Source of the DNA: Eubacteriales bacterium
GTDB lineage: Bacteria; Bacillota; Clostridia; Oscillospirales; CAG-272
Assembly: GCA_045634425.1 (NCBI GenBank)
Contig: JAZRAF010000045.1
Span: forward strand, 1 to 54,999
Length of the DNA stretch: 54,999 nt
Reading direction: 5' to 3'
Below are positions 29,629 through 38,641 of the stretch, piece after piece. A program made the position numbers and the translations under genes. Below the pieces are notes generated by a model. That model searched no databases and had not been told where the DNA came from. It saw nothing but the letters and a program-made list of their open reading frames with translations. The first letter of the stretch is position 1, and every line of letters begins with the position of its first letter.

Positions 29629-32256
29629 TTAATTCAACATTTTTTTGAGCTCGAAGAGAAGATTCATCGCTTCGATGGGAGTCATAGTGTTGATATCTGT
29701 TGCTCTGATTCTGTCAGCAGCCTCGCTATCCTTGGATGCGATTATACCCGCAAACATATCGACCTGTGCGGATGATGCAGCAGCGGTATTGCCCTTAGGA
29801 GCTACCGTGCCGACCTTTTCGATCTCGGCGAGTATCTCCTTTGCGCGCTTTACTACCTCAGTAGGTACGCCTGCGAGCTTCGCAACCTCGATACCGTAGG
29901 AGTCATCGGTTCCGCCTCTTACGATCTTACGAAGGAAAATTACGGAATCGCCGCGCTTCTTTGCGGCAATATTGTAATTCACTATTCCCTCATACTGCTC
30001 TTCCATATCGGTGAGCTCATGGTAGTGAGTTGCAAACAGAGTCTTTGCGCCAATCTTCTTTGAATGGGTGTATTCAACAACCGCGCGGGCAATCGCCATG
30101 CCGTCGTAGGTGCTTGTGCCGCGGCCGACCTCATCATAAATGATGAGCGACTTTTTAGTTGCGCCCTTAAGTATGGTGGCAACCTCGTTCATCTCAAGCA
30201 TAAAGGTGGACTGACCTGATGCAAGGTCGTCGGATGCGCCGACACGGGTGAAAATCTTATCAACTATACCGATCTTTGCCTGGCGTGCGGGAACGAATGA
30301 GCCGATCTGCGCCATAAGGGTGATTATCGCAACCTGACGCATATAGGTGGATTTACCCGCCATATTAGGACCGGTGATGATCTTCATTCTGCTATGCGCG
30401 GTGTTGAGGTGGGTGTCGTTAGGAACGAAATAGCTGTCGGTCACAAACTTCTCAACAACGGGGTGACGGCCGTCCTTGATAATAATATCGGTGGAAAGGT
30501 CAACCTCGGGGCAAACGTAAGCGTTCTTGCGTGCGACCTCGGCAAGAGAGCGGTATACGTCTATTTCAGCAACAAGCGCCGCACTCTTTCTGATTCTGTC
30601 GCAATTGTCGCATACGAAGTTACGAAGGCTTGTGAAGATATCAAATTCGAGGGAAACGAGCTTTTCCTCTGCCGAGAAGATTGTGTTTTCCATCTCCTTA
30701 AGCTCTTGGGTTATATATCTTTCGCAGTTTGTAAGGGTCTGCTTTCTTACGTATCTGTCGGGAACCTGATCTATAAAGGACTTGGACACTTCGATATAGT
30801 AGCCGAACACCTTGTTATAGGCGACCTTAAGCGTTTTGATGCCGGTCTCTTCCTTCTCGCGCTCCTCAATAGAACGCATAATATCGGTGCCGTTATCCTT
30901 GATGGTGCGGTAGTAGTCAACGTCGGCGTTGAAGCCGGGACGTATCATACCGCCCTCACGAACGGTGAACGGAGGCGTATCCACGAGCGCACGGCCAAGC
31001 AGGTCGGCGATATCCTCAAGGGTATCAAGCTCGCGGTTTATTACGGTCATCGAGTTGCTTGTAAGCTTGGATATTCTTTCCTTTACCTCGGGCAGGCCAA
31101 CGATGCTCTGATATATAGCGCGAAGGTCCTTTGCATTAGCGGTACCGTACACTGCTTTTGCGGTAAGTCTTTCAATATCAAGGGTTGCCGAAAGGATCTC
31201 TGCAACGTCGTCGTTTACAGGGGTATTCTTAACGAAATCGTTTACCGCAGCCTGACGGTTGGAGATCTGCACGGGATCAATAAGGGGCTTAAGCATCCAA
31301 GAGCGAAGAAGTCTTGCGCCCATCGCCGTTTTGGTCTTATCAAGCACCCAAAGAAGCGAGCCGCGCTTTTCCTTGGTACGCATTGCCTCGGTAAGCTCGA
31401 GATTTCTTCTGGTGTTTATATCTATTTCAAGGTACTGACCCTTGGAATATACGTTAAGGTCCTTTGCAAACGCAACGTCGGTCTTTTGCGTTTCGCTTAT
31501 GTAGGAAAGAAGTGCGCCAACGCTCATTACAAGCTCGGGCTCGGTAAGCTTCTCTGCCTCCTCGGCAAAGATGCGTCTTGTGCTTTCCTTAGCGCGCTCG
31601 TAATCAAACAGGCGCTTGGCACCGTCGGTGATAAGCGTACCGAATCTCTCGGAAAGGAAGCTTGCAAGAGTACCGCATCCCTCTCGTGAAACGTTGAATA
31701 TCGCCTCGGCGGGCTGGTAGGATGCAATCTCGTTTTCTGCTCTTTGAAGCGCATCCTCACCTGCGATATAGGTACAGGATACCTCACCCGTAGATATATC
31801 TGCAAAGCCGAGCGCAATTCCGCTTCTACCGACACATACGGACGAAAGGAAGTTGTTTTGGCCCTCCTTAAGAAGTGTGCCGTCGGTTATAGTACCCGGA
31901 GTGATAACGCGGGTGACCTCACGCTTTACAAGGCCTACTGCCGCTTTTGGATCTTCGGTTTGCTCGCATATAGCGACCTTGTATCCCTTTTCAACAAGTC
32001 TGCCTACGTACACGTCTGCCTTGTGGAATGGTACGCCGCACATTGCTCCCCTCTTTCCCTCTCCGCAATCACGTGCGGTAAGGGTGAGCTCAAGCTCACG
32101 CGAGGCGATAAGCGCATCGTCAAAGAAGCACTCGTAAAAGTCGCCGAGGCGGTACATAAGTATATATCCCTCGTATTGCTCCTTGACCTCAAGGTATTGC
32201 TTCATCATCGGAGTTGTATTTTGAAGATCTGCAACTCTCTCGATAATCTCTGCCAT
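29629..32256 (-). CDS. mutS: DNA mismatch repair protein MutS
   Basis: 875 aa. TPMMKQYLEVKEQY...GDFYE mismatch-binding N-terminus, GPNMAGKST Walker A, STFMLEM motif. Confidence 0.96.
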   Translation of the reverse strand: MAEIIERVADLQNTTPMMKQYLEVKEQYEGYILMYRLGDFYECFFDDALIASRELELTLTARDCGEGKRGAMCGVPFHKADVYVGRLVEKGYKVAICEQTEDPKAAVGLVKREVTRVITPGTITDGTLLKEGQNNFLSSVCVGRSGIALGFADISTGEVSCTYIAGEDALQRAENEIASYQPAEAIFNVSREGCGTLASFLSERFGTLITDGAKRLFDYERAKESTRRIFAEEAEKLTEPELVMSVGALLSYISETQKTDVAFAKDLNVYSKGQYLEIDINTRRNLELTEAMRTKEKRGSLLWVLDKTKTAMGARLLRSWMLKPLIDPVQISNRQAAVNDFVKNTPVNDDVAEILSATLDIERLTAKAVYGTANAKDLRAIYQSIVGLPEVKERISKLTSNSMTVINRELDTLEDIADLLGRALVDTPPFTVREGGMIRPGFNADVDYYRTIKDNGTDIMRSIEEREKEETGIKTLKVAYNKVFGYYIEVSKSFIDQVPDRYVRKQTLTNCERYITQELKEMENTIFSAEEKLVSLEFDIFTSLRNFVCDNCDRIRKSAALVAEIDVYRSLAEVARKNAYVCPEVDLSTDIIIKDGRHPVVEKFVTDSYFVPNDTHLNTAHSRMKIITGPNMAGKSTYMRQVAIITLMAQIGSFVPARQAKIGIVDKIFTRVGASDDLASGQSTFMLEMNEVATILKGATKKSLIIYDEVGRGTSTYDGMAIARAVVEYTHSKKIGAKTLFATHYHELTDMEEQYEGIVNYNIAAKKRGDSVIFLRKIVRGGTDDSYGIEVAKLAGVPTEVVKRAKEILAEIEKVGTVAPKGNTAAASSAQVDMFAGIIASKDSEAADRIRATDINTMTPIEAMNLLFELKKMLN

Positions 32257-32303
32257 AATTTTATCCTCTTTACTTTAATCGGAATGTATCAGTCGGAACG
32301 GTA

Positions 32304-32702
32304 TCAGTGTGAGCATCCACCGCAGGTAGAGCAATCGTGGGTACAGTCAGAGGGTCGCTCACCTGTGATACAGAACTTGATCTCAGCGTTTACGGAATTC
32401 ATAAGATCGTTAACGCCCTTCTGTGCATTTGCAAAATCGGTATAGTGGTGATTTGCGGTGATTTCTCTTGAAAGCTCGTCAAGTCTGTTCTTAAGGCTCT
32501 CTATCGCTTCCTTATCTGCAAGTGCGGGCTCCTTGGAAAACTCCTGTGCAAGAAGTACCTTTTCGGTCTGGTATTCGCGCATCTTCTCCTGAAGGGGCTC
32601 GTCCGCATCAAAAATGCTCTTGGTAAGCTCGAGAAGTCTCATTTCCTCGCTTCTTGCGATCTCCTCGCCGAGTGCGTGTGCAAGTTCAATTATCTTAGTC
32701 AT
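32304..32702 (-). CDS. ricA: YlbF/YmcA-family regulator (RicA-like) with a Cys/His-rich C-terminal tail
   Basis: The track ORF starts at 32726. I prefer the ATG at 32700-32702 (MTKIIELAHALGEEI), with AAAGGAA upstream. Helical YmcA-like sequence. The miaB-ymcA-(cotE)-mutS-mutL order matches Bacillus. Tail is CTHDCSTCGGCSH. Confidence 0.65.
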   Translation of the reverse strand: MTKIIELAHALGEEIARSEEMRLLELTKSIFDADEPLQEKMREYQTEKVLLAQEFSKEPALADKEAIESLKNRLDELSREITANHHYTDFANAQKGVNDLMNSVNAEIKFCITGERPSDCTHDCSTCGGCSH

Positions 32703-32706
32703 ATCA

Positions 32707-34095
32707 TTAATTCCTTTCAATTTCACCGAACAGGTCGAATGCGCCCGTGCGGGTTATCCTTACGTTTATAAAATTACCTATGTGATTTTCATCTGATTCA
32801 AAGTGAACGAGCTTGTTGGTCGAGGTTCTTGCGCTATATACGGTAACGCCGTTCTTTTCCTCAACGTCATCAACTATTACGCGCTCAACTCTGCCGAGGT
32901 ATGCATCATTCTTTTCTCTTGAAATATTGCACTGCACCTCAAGCAGTCTTGCCATACGGCTCTTTTTGGCCTCGTCGGAGACCTGGTTTTCCATTTTTGC
33001 GGCGCGTGTTCCCTCTCGCGGTGAGTATATAAATGAGAACACCATATCGAAGCGTACGCGCTCAAGAATATTCATCGTGCCCTCGAAGTCCTCGTCCGTC
33101 TCACCGGGGAAGCCGACGATTATATCGCTTGTAAGCGCAACGTGCGGCACTACGTCTCTTAATTTATCAATAGTCGAGAGGTACTTTGCGGTATCGTAGG
33201 TGCGGTTCATTTCCTTAAGCACCCTATCGCTGCCCGACTGCAGGGGCAGGTGGAAGGTGGGGGCGATCTTGCCGCTATACTTACCGAACACCTCGATAAG
33301 CTCGTCGGAGACGTCCTTCGGGTGGCTGGTCATAAAGCGGAGGATGAAATCTCCGGGGATATTTGCCACGGCCTCGAGAAGCTTGGCAAAGGTTATATCG
33401 GATTTATAGGAGTTTACGTTCTGGCCAAGGAGGGTTATCTCTTTATAGCCACGGTTTATAAGATCGCGGCACTCGGCGATGACGTCGGCACTGTTACGAC
33501 TTCGCTCACGGCCTCTGACGTACGGCACGATGCAGTAGGAGCAGAAGTTGTTGCATCCGTACATTATGGATACCCAAGCCTTGTGAGAGGACACACGGAC
33601 GCTGGGCATACCCTCAACGACGTGTCCTTCATCCGTACCGAACACGAAGGAGCGGCGGCGCTGATAGAGCGCACGGTGCACAAGCTCAGGCAGGCGGTGA
33701 AGCATTGCGGGCTCGAGGGTGAAGGTGACGTGGTGATAGCTCTTCTTTATGCTCTCTGCCATATGGGGCTCAGCCGCCATACAACCGCATACACCGACGA
33801 TGAGGTCGGGCTTCAATTCACGAAGGGGCTTGAAATTACCTACGATGGAGAGTGCCTTAAGCTCGGCGTGGCGGCGTATAGCGCAGGTGTTGACGACGAT
33901 GAGGTCGGCCTCCTCGGGCTTATCGGTCAAGGTGTAGCCCATCTCAACTGCCATCGCGCGCATCTTCTCACTGTCTGCCTCGTTTTGCTGACAGCCGAGC
34001 GTGATAACGTGGGCGTGCTTATTTTTGCCCTCGTTGAGTGCTTTTACACCCTGTATATATTTTGACTGTTCGGTTTCGTTTATGTTTAAGTTCAT
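32707..34095 (-). CDS. miaB: tRNA-2-methylthio-N6-dimethylallyladenosine synthase
   Basis: 462 aa. N-terminal UPF0004 cysteines (TLGCQQNE...VNTCAIR), radical SAM CNNFCSYC motif, C-terminal TRAM domain. Confidence 0.93.
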   Translation of the reverse strand: MNLNINETEQSKYIQGVKALNEGKNKHAHVITLGCQQNEADSEKMRAMAVEMGYTLTDKPEEADLIVVNTCAIRRHAELKALSIVGNFKPLRELKPDLIVGVCGCMAAEPHMAESIKKSYHHVTFTLEPAMLHRLPELVHRALYQRRRSFVFGTDEGHVVEGMPSVRVSSHKAWVSIMYGCNNFCSYCIVPYVRGRERSRNSADVIAECRDLINRGYKEITLLGQNVNSYKSDITFAKLLEAVANIPGDFILRFMTSHPKDVSDELIEVFGKYSGKIAPTFHLPLQSGSDRVLKEMNRTYDTAKYLSTIDKLRDVVPHVALTSDIIVGFPGETDEDFEGTMNILERVRFDMVFSFIYSPREGTRAAKMENQVSDEAKKSRMARLLEVQCNISREKNDAYLGRVERVIVDDVEEKNGVTVYSARTSTNKLVHFESDENHIGNFINVRITRTGAFDLFGEIERN

Positions 34096-35969
34096 TTTTT
34101 CTTTCCGTTTAACATTTTTTCTGCGAGCTTCTCGGCAGAAAGTCCTACGTGATCGTAAACGTCGCAGGGCTCGGTGGGGGAAGCGAAGTTATCGTCTATT
34201 GCAGAGATGAGGTACTCACGTGCAGAAAGGTCAACGCCAAGCTGCTCGAGCGCATCACGCATAAGCATAGCTGCGCCACCGTTCTTTATACCCTCCTCGG
34301 CAAAGAGGATGCGGCGTGCACCTGAGATATAAGGCAGGACGGTGCGTGCGGCGTAGTCGTAGGGCTTAAGCACCTCGAGAAGCACCACACCAACGCGAGC
34401 GCCCGTAACGTGGCGCACGATATCAGCCGCCTTGAGAACACGGGTAGCAAGAGTGCCGTAGGTGATAAACACGTATTCGGGAGCATCCTCGGGATCAAAG
34501 TTCGCGCGGGCGCCAAAGGAAGTGGCGTTAGGCTTTGAATAGAATGCCTTGACAACCTCCTCACTCTCAGAGGAGTTGGGGTATCTGACGGCAATCGGCT
34601 CGTCGATCATATTGGCAAACTCCACCGCCTCCTCAAGTGCCGAGTAGGTAGCGGGAGAGATGATGCTCATACCGGGGATGTGGGAGAGGAACGCCACGTC
34701 AAATATGCCGTGGTGGGTCGCGCCGTCACCCGCTGCAATACCCGCACGGTCTATCATAAGCTTTACGGGCAATCCCTGAAGGGCTACATCGTGAAGAACG
34801 CTGTCGTAGCCGCGCTGAAGGAAGGTGGAATATATAGCCGCATACGGCTTAAGTCCGTCGGCTGCAAGGCCCGCCGAGAAGGTGAGGGCGTGCTCCTCTG
34901 CTATTCCGACGTCGAAATAGCGGTCGGGATAGGTCTTGCCAAACTTATCAAGGCCGGTGCCTATGCCCATTGCGGCGGTGATGGCAACAACACTTTCGTC
35001 ATCCTTTGCAAGGTCGATCAGCTTGTCTGCCATTACGGAATGGAAGCTCTTTTCCTCAACGGTTTTGTTATATACGCTATGGAAATCGTCGGGCGAAGCC
35101 TCGGCAGGGGCGTATCCCTTGCCCTTCACCGTCTTTAAGTGGACTATTACGCACTCGCCAAGCGCCTTTGCCTGCTTAAGCGCCTTCTCGACCTTCTGAT
35201 AATCGTTTCCGTCGATAGGTCCGAGGTAATAAAGTCCGAGGTCCTCAAAGTAGTTTGAGGAGAAGAACATATTTTTGAATTTGTTTTTGATAAAGGTAAG
35301 GCATTTGTGCATGGGCTTACCTATAAGCGGAATATGGTCGAAAACCGAGCGTGTGCCGCGCTTCCAGGTACGGTAGCCCTTGGAAATTCTAACTCTGGAG
35401 AGGTAGCTTGCAAAAGCACCCTTGTTTACGGAGATGGACATACCGTTTTCGTTGAGAATGATTATAAGCTTAAGGTTGGGGTCACAGTTATTGAGTGCCT
35501 CGTGCACCATACCGCCGGTGTAAGCACCGTCACCAAGAACGGCCACGGTGTAGGCGTCCGAGCCCTTAAGGCGGTCGGCAACGGCATAGCCGAGTGCCGC
35601 AGATACAGAGGTAGAGCTATGGCCTGCGCCAAACGCATCGTGCTCGCTTTCTGACATCTTCGTAAAGCCGGAGAGTCCACCGGGGGTTCTGAGGGTAGAA
35701 AACTCTTCCCTGCGGCCGGTGAGGAGCTTATGAACGTACGACTGATGTCCTACGTCGAAAATTATATGATCCTTGGGGGAATCAAACACCCTGTGAATAG
35801 CTACGGAAAGCTCGGTAGCGCCGAGGTTGGATGCAAGATGGCCGCCGGAGCGCTCTACGTTATCGATAAGGAACGAGCGTATCTGGTCGCAAAGAGGGGC
35901 GATGTCGCCATCCTCGAGCTTTTTGAGATCCTCGGGAGAATTTATATTTTCAAGCAGATTATATTTCAT
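34092..35969 (-). CDS. dxs: 1-deoxy-D-xylulose-5-phosphate synthase
   Basis: 625 aa. GGHLASNLGATELSVAIH...DVGHQSYVHKLLTGRR and GDGAYTGGM ThDP motif. Confidence 0.95.
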   Translation of the reverse strand: MKYNLLENINSPEDLKKLEDGDIAPLCDQIRSFLIDNVERSGGHLASNLGATELSVAIHRVFDSPKDHIIFDVGHQSYVHKLLTGRREEFSTLRTPGGLSGFTKMSESEHDAFGAGHSSTSVSAALGYAVADRLKGSDAYTVAVLGDGAYTGGMVHEALNNCDPNLKLIIILNENGMSISVNKGAFASYLSRVRISKGYRTWKRGTRSVFDHIPLIGKPMHKCLTFIKNKFKNMFFSSNYFEDLGLYYLGPIDGNDYQKVEKALKQAKALGECVIVHLKTVKGKGYAPAEASPDDFHSVYNKTVEEKSFHSVMADKLIDLAKDDESVVAITAAMGIGTGLDKFGKTYPDRYFDVGIAEEHALTFSAGLAADGLKPYAAIYSTFLQRGYDSVLHDVALQGLPVKLMIDRAGIAAGDGATHHGIFDVAFLSHIPGMSIISPATYSALEEAVEFANMIDEPIAVRYPNSSESEEVVKAFYSKPNATSFGARANFDPEDAPEYVFITYGTLATRVLKAADIVRHVTGARVGVVLLEVLKPYDYAARTVLPYISGARRILFAEEGIKNGGAAMLMRDALEQLGVDLSAREYLISAIDDNFASPTEPCDVYDHVGLSAEKLAEKMLNGKKK

Positions 35970-36780
35970 CTTTCATCCTTCCGTGGGCGGTGGGAGCCCT
36001 TCCGACTACCTTTATGTAAGCGCGGTAGAACGCCGAATAATCACCGAATCCGACCTTGTAGGCTGCGGAGGCCGCAGGCTCGCCCGATTCAATGAGCTGC
36101 TTTGCGTGCATTACTCTTTTCTGCACTATGTAACCGTGTATCGAAATGCCGTTATGCTTTTTGAAGGCGCGGCAAAGATAATATTTGCTGACGAAGAAGC
36201 GCTTTGCAAGCTTCTCAAGGGATATATCCCTGAATGCGTTTTCGTTAAGATAGCGAATGACCCTTGCGCCGATATCCCAATCCTCCGCTACGAGCTCCTC
36301 GCGTCCCTCGACGGAGAGGGTGAGAATAAGCTCGGACACGAGCAGGCGCATCATAAGATCTCTTTCCGCATTCGGAAGCCCAGACGATGCCCTCATACGG
36401 TCGAAAACGGAGATAAGGGCGTCGGATTTTGAATTTAAGGAGTAGTACGCACCCGAGGGCGTGGCATCGCCGACTAAGCGCTCGAAGGTCTCTGCAACGC
36501 AATCGGTAACGGCGGTGGAATCGAAGTTTATGACCGTGCGCTCGTAAGCCGAGTTGGGGTCAACGGAAACGCAATGATAAACGAGCGGCGGAAAGATCAT
36601 AAGCGTATGCGGCTTTATCGGATATTCAACACCCTCAACGACGTACTTACCGCTGCCCTCAAGGACGTATATTATCTCGTACTTATCGTGGCAATGTCGG
36701 GAATTAAGGTTTTCGGGAGTACTGTCCGTTCTCGCATCGAAATAGCTTATATTTTCGCTCTCAAAGTGAGTATTTTTCAT
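35959..36780 (-). CDS. AraC-family transcriptional regulator (N-terminal cupin sensor plus C-terminal HTH)
   Basis: The track ORF extends to 36846. I prefer the ATG at 36778-80 (or 36781-83), 7 (4) nt after GGAGG at 36788-92. Cupin HCHDKYEIIYVLEGSG... and AraC HTH ...YYLCRAFKKHNGISIHGYI...GFGDYSAFYRAY. The stop overlaps the dxs start by 11 nt. Confidence 0.85.
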   Translation of the reverse strand: MKNTHFESENISYFDARTDSTPENLNSRHCHDKYEIIYVLEGSGKYVVEGVEYPIKPHTLMIFPPLVYHCVSVDPNSAYERTVINFDSTAVTDCVAETFERLVGDATPSGAYYSLNSKSDALISVFDRMRASSGLPNAERDLMMRLLVSELILTLSVEGREELVAEDWDIGARVIRYLNENAFRDISLEKLAKRFFVSKYYLCRAFKKHNGISIHGYIVQKRVMHAKQLIESGEPAASAAYKVGFGDYSAFYRAYIKVVGRAPTAHGRMKDEI

Positions 36781-36836
36781 CATTGTGCCTCCTTTCGTAG
36801 CCTTCGCCTGCGCGTGAGCGCAGGTATGCATTATAT

Positions 36837-36865
36837 ATTTTAGCACAAGCGAGCAACTTTTGCAA
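36837..36865 (-). promoter_or_regulatory. Candidate promoter of the AraC regulator gene
   Basis: Minus strand reads TTGCAA (36860-65), a 17-nt spacer, then TGC-TAAAAT (extended -10, 36837-45). A GC-rich 7-bp hairpin (36807-36824) lies in the predicted 5'UTR. Confidence 0.45.
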
Positions 36866-36877
36866 TAGTTTTTGCAA
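36858..36877. repeat. Direct repeat TTTTGCAA-N4-TTTTGCAA, followed by GCAAC reiterations; candidate AraC-type operator
   Basis: TTTTGCAA at 36858-65 and 36870-77 (12-nt period). GCAAC/GCAAT occurs four times within 36853-36884. The first copy overlaps the regulator's -35. Confidence 0.4.
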
Positions 36878-36906
36878 CTGCAACAATATTTTTTTTAAAA
36901 AATATA

Positions 36907-36936
36907 TTGAATTTTAAGGAGATAATATGTTAAAAT
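36907..36936 (+). promoter_or_regulatory. Candidate promoter of the TIM-barrel/oxidoreductase operon
   Basis: TTGAAT (36907-12), an 18-nt spacer ending in TGT, then TAAAAT (36931-36). A 6-bp stem-loop ATCCGC-ATAA-GCGGAT (36944-59) sits at the predicted 5' end of the mRNA. Confidence 0.5.
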
Positions 36937-36987
36937 TGAATTGATCCGCATAAGCGGATGTAAAATGAACAAGTGAGGTTTGATTTT

Positions 36988-37746
36988 ATGAAGCTTGGAG
37001 CACAGCTTTTTTCACTTCGCACCAGCTGCGAAACACCCGAAGATCTTTTTAACACAATGAAAAGAGTCAAGGCAATGGGATACGAGATCGCGCAGGCGTC
37101 CGGTATCTGCCAGATTGACGGCGACCTTTTCCGCTCTTACATAGATGAGGTAGGTCTGCCTATTACCTGCACTCACCGCTCCTTTGACGAAATAGTTAAT
37201 CACACCGATGAATCTATAAAGTGGCACAAGACCATCGGCTCTCCCATCGTTGGTATCGGCAGTATGCCTACCGAATACCGCGGCAGCTACGAGGGACTTA
37301 AAAAGTTCAAGGAACTGATGACCGAGCCTGTAAAGAAGATCCGCGATGCGGGCCTTATCTTCACCTATCATAACCACGCATTTGAATACGAGACCTGGGA
37401 CGGAGTCAAGCCCTACGACTTCCTTATCGAGGAGTGCCCCGAGTTTGACTTTATCCACGACGTATATTGGTCGACCTACGCAGGCGAGTGCCCTGCTAAG
37501 TACATCAAGCTTCTTGCAGAGGCAGGCAGAATGACCGACGTACACTTCAAGGATATGAAGTCTGCGCCTCAGGGTCCCATCTGCGCTTGCGGTGACGGTA
37601 TTATCGACTTTGCACCCCTTGCAGATCTTTGCTATTCCCTCGGTGTTAAGAACGTGCTTGTCGAGCAGGACAACGCGCCCGATTTTGAGGACTCGTTCGA
37701 GCAGATGGAAAGAAGCATCAAGCATCTTCGCCCCATCATAAAGTAA
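36988..37746 (+). CDS. Sugar phosphate isomerase/epimerase family protein (xylose-isomerase-like TIM barrel)
   Basis: The track ORF starts at a GTG at 36973. I prefer the ATG at 36988, with GAGG upstream. MKLGAQLFSLR..., ...FTYHNHAFEYE... and ...VLVEQDN motifs are typical of the IolI/IolE-like AP-endonuclease-2 TIM family. Confidence 0.75.
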   Translation: MKLGAQLFSLRTSCETPEDLFNTMKRVKAMGYEIAQASGICQIDGDLFRSYIDEVGLPITCTHRSFDEIVNHTDESIKWHKTIGSPIVGIGSMPTEYRGSYEGLKKFKELMTEPVKKIRDAGLIFTYHNHAFEYETWDGVKPYDFLIEECPEFDFIHDVYWSTYAGECPAKYIKLLAEAGRMTDVHFKDMKSAPQGPICACGDGIIDFAPLADLCYSLGVKNVLVEQDNAPDFEDSFEQMERSIKHLRPIIK

Positions 37747-37759
37747 GGAGAACCGATAA

Positions 37760-38641
37760 ATGGCAGAATTTGTACTCTCCGCATTTGCCGACGAGGCGGG
37801 CAACTCGCTTGACGAGCAGATAGCAGCCCTCAACGGTAACGGTATTCGATACATCGAACCCAGAAACATAGACGGCAAGGGCATCCTTGATCACACCGAG
37901 GAGTCGCTTGCAAGCATCAAGGAAAGACTTGATGCAGCCGGAATCAAGGTCGGCTCGCTCGGCTCGCCTATCGGCAAGTACGACATCACCGCTGATTTTG
38001 AGAGCTACCTTGTAACCTTTGAGAAGGCACTTCGTGCCTGCGAGATACTTGGAACGAAGAAGATGAGAATGTTCAGCTTTTTCGTTGAGCAGGATAAGCT
38101 TGCCGAGCACCGCGACGAGGTTATCAGACGACTTCAGATAATGGTAGACCTTGCGACCAAGCGCGGCATTACCCTTTGCCACGAGAATGAGTCGAGAATA
38201 TACGGTCAGATGCCCGCTGAAGTAAATGACCTTATGGACAACGTTAAGGGCCTTAAAGCTATCTTCGACCCTGCCAATTACAGAATGAATGACGGCGACG
38301 TAATGGCAGGCATCGAGGCAACGCTTAAGAATTTCGCTTATCTTCACATTAAGGATGCGGTTTACCAGACCCAGACCATCCTCCCCGCCGGCGAGGGTGA
38401 GGGCCGTATCGCAGACGTTATCAACATCGTTAACGGTAAGGTTGAAGGAGAGGTAATGCTTACCCTTGAGCCCCACCTTGCAATATTCAGCGCCTATGCA
38501 AGCATAGACGAGCACGAGCTTAAGGGCAAGTACGTCTTTAAGACCAACAGAGAGGCGTTTGATTTTGCGACCAATACACTTAAAAATCTACTCAGAGAAA
38601 ACGGATATAGAGAGGATGAAAACGGCAAATGGAAAAAGTAA
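37760..38641 (+). CDS. Sugar phosphate isomerase/epimerase family protein (second, divergent TIM barrel)
   Basis: 293 aa. SAFADEAG...IRYIEPR..., ...ITLCHENES... and ...HIKDA... are metal-site-type motifs of the same superfamily. It is not a close copy of the first TIM barrel. Confidence 0.75.
   Translation: MAEFVLSAFADEAGNSLDEQIAALNGNGIRYIEPRNIDGKGILDHTEESLASIKERLDAAGIKVGSLGSPIGKYDITADFESYLVTFEKALRACEILGTKKMRMFSFFVEQDKLAEHRDEVIRRLQIMVDLATKRGITLCHENESRIYGQMPAEVNDLMDNVKGLKAIFDPANYRMNDGDVMAGIEATLKNFAYLHIKDAVYQTQTILPAGEGEGRIADVINIVNGKVEGEVMLTLEPHLAIFSAYASIDEHELKGKYVFKTNREAFDFATNTLKNLLRENGYREDENGKWKK

Noticed and set aside
28123-31689. 464-aa (28123-29517) and 431-aa (30394-31689) plus-strand ORFs
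   Set aside because: Antisense shadows of mutL and mutS respectively.
36988-38641. Identification of the two TIM-barrel proteins as the C-glycoside C-C lyase pair (DgpB/DgpC or CarB/CarC type)
   Set aside because: As I recall, those lyases pair one TIM-barrel subunit with a small non-TIM subunit. Here both proteins are full-length TIM barrels and no small partner ORF is present. Only the broader keto-sugar or keto-glycoside hypothesis is retained.
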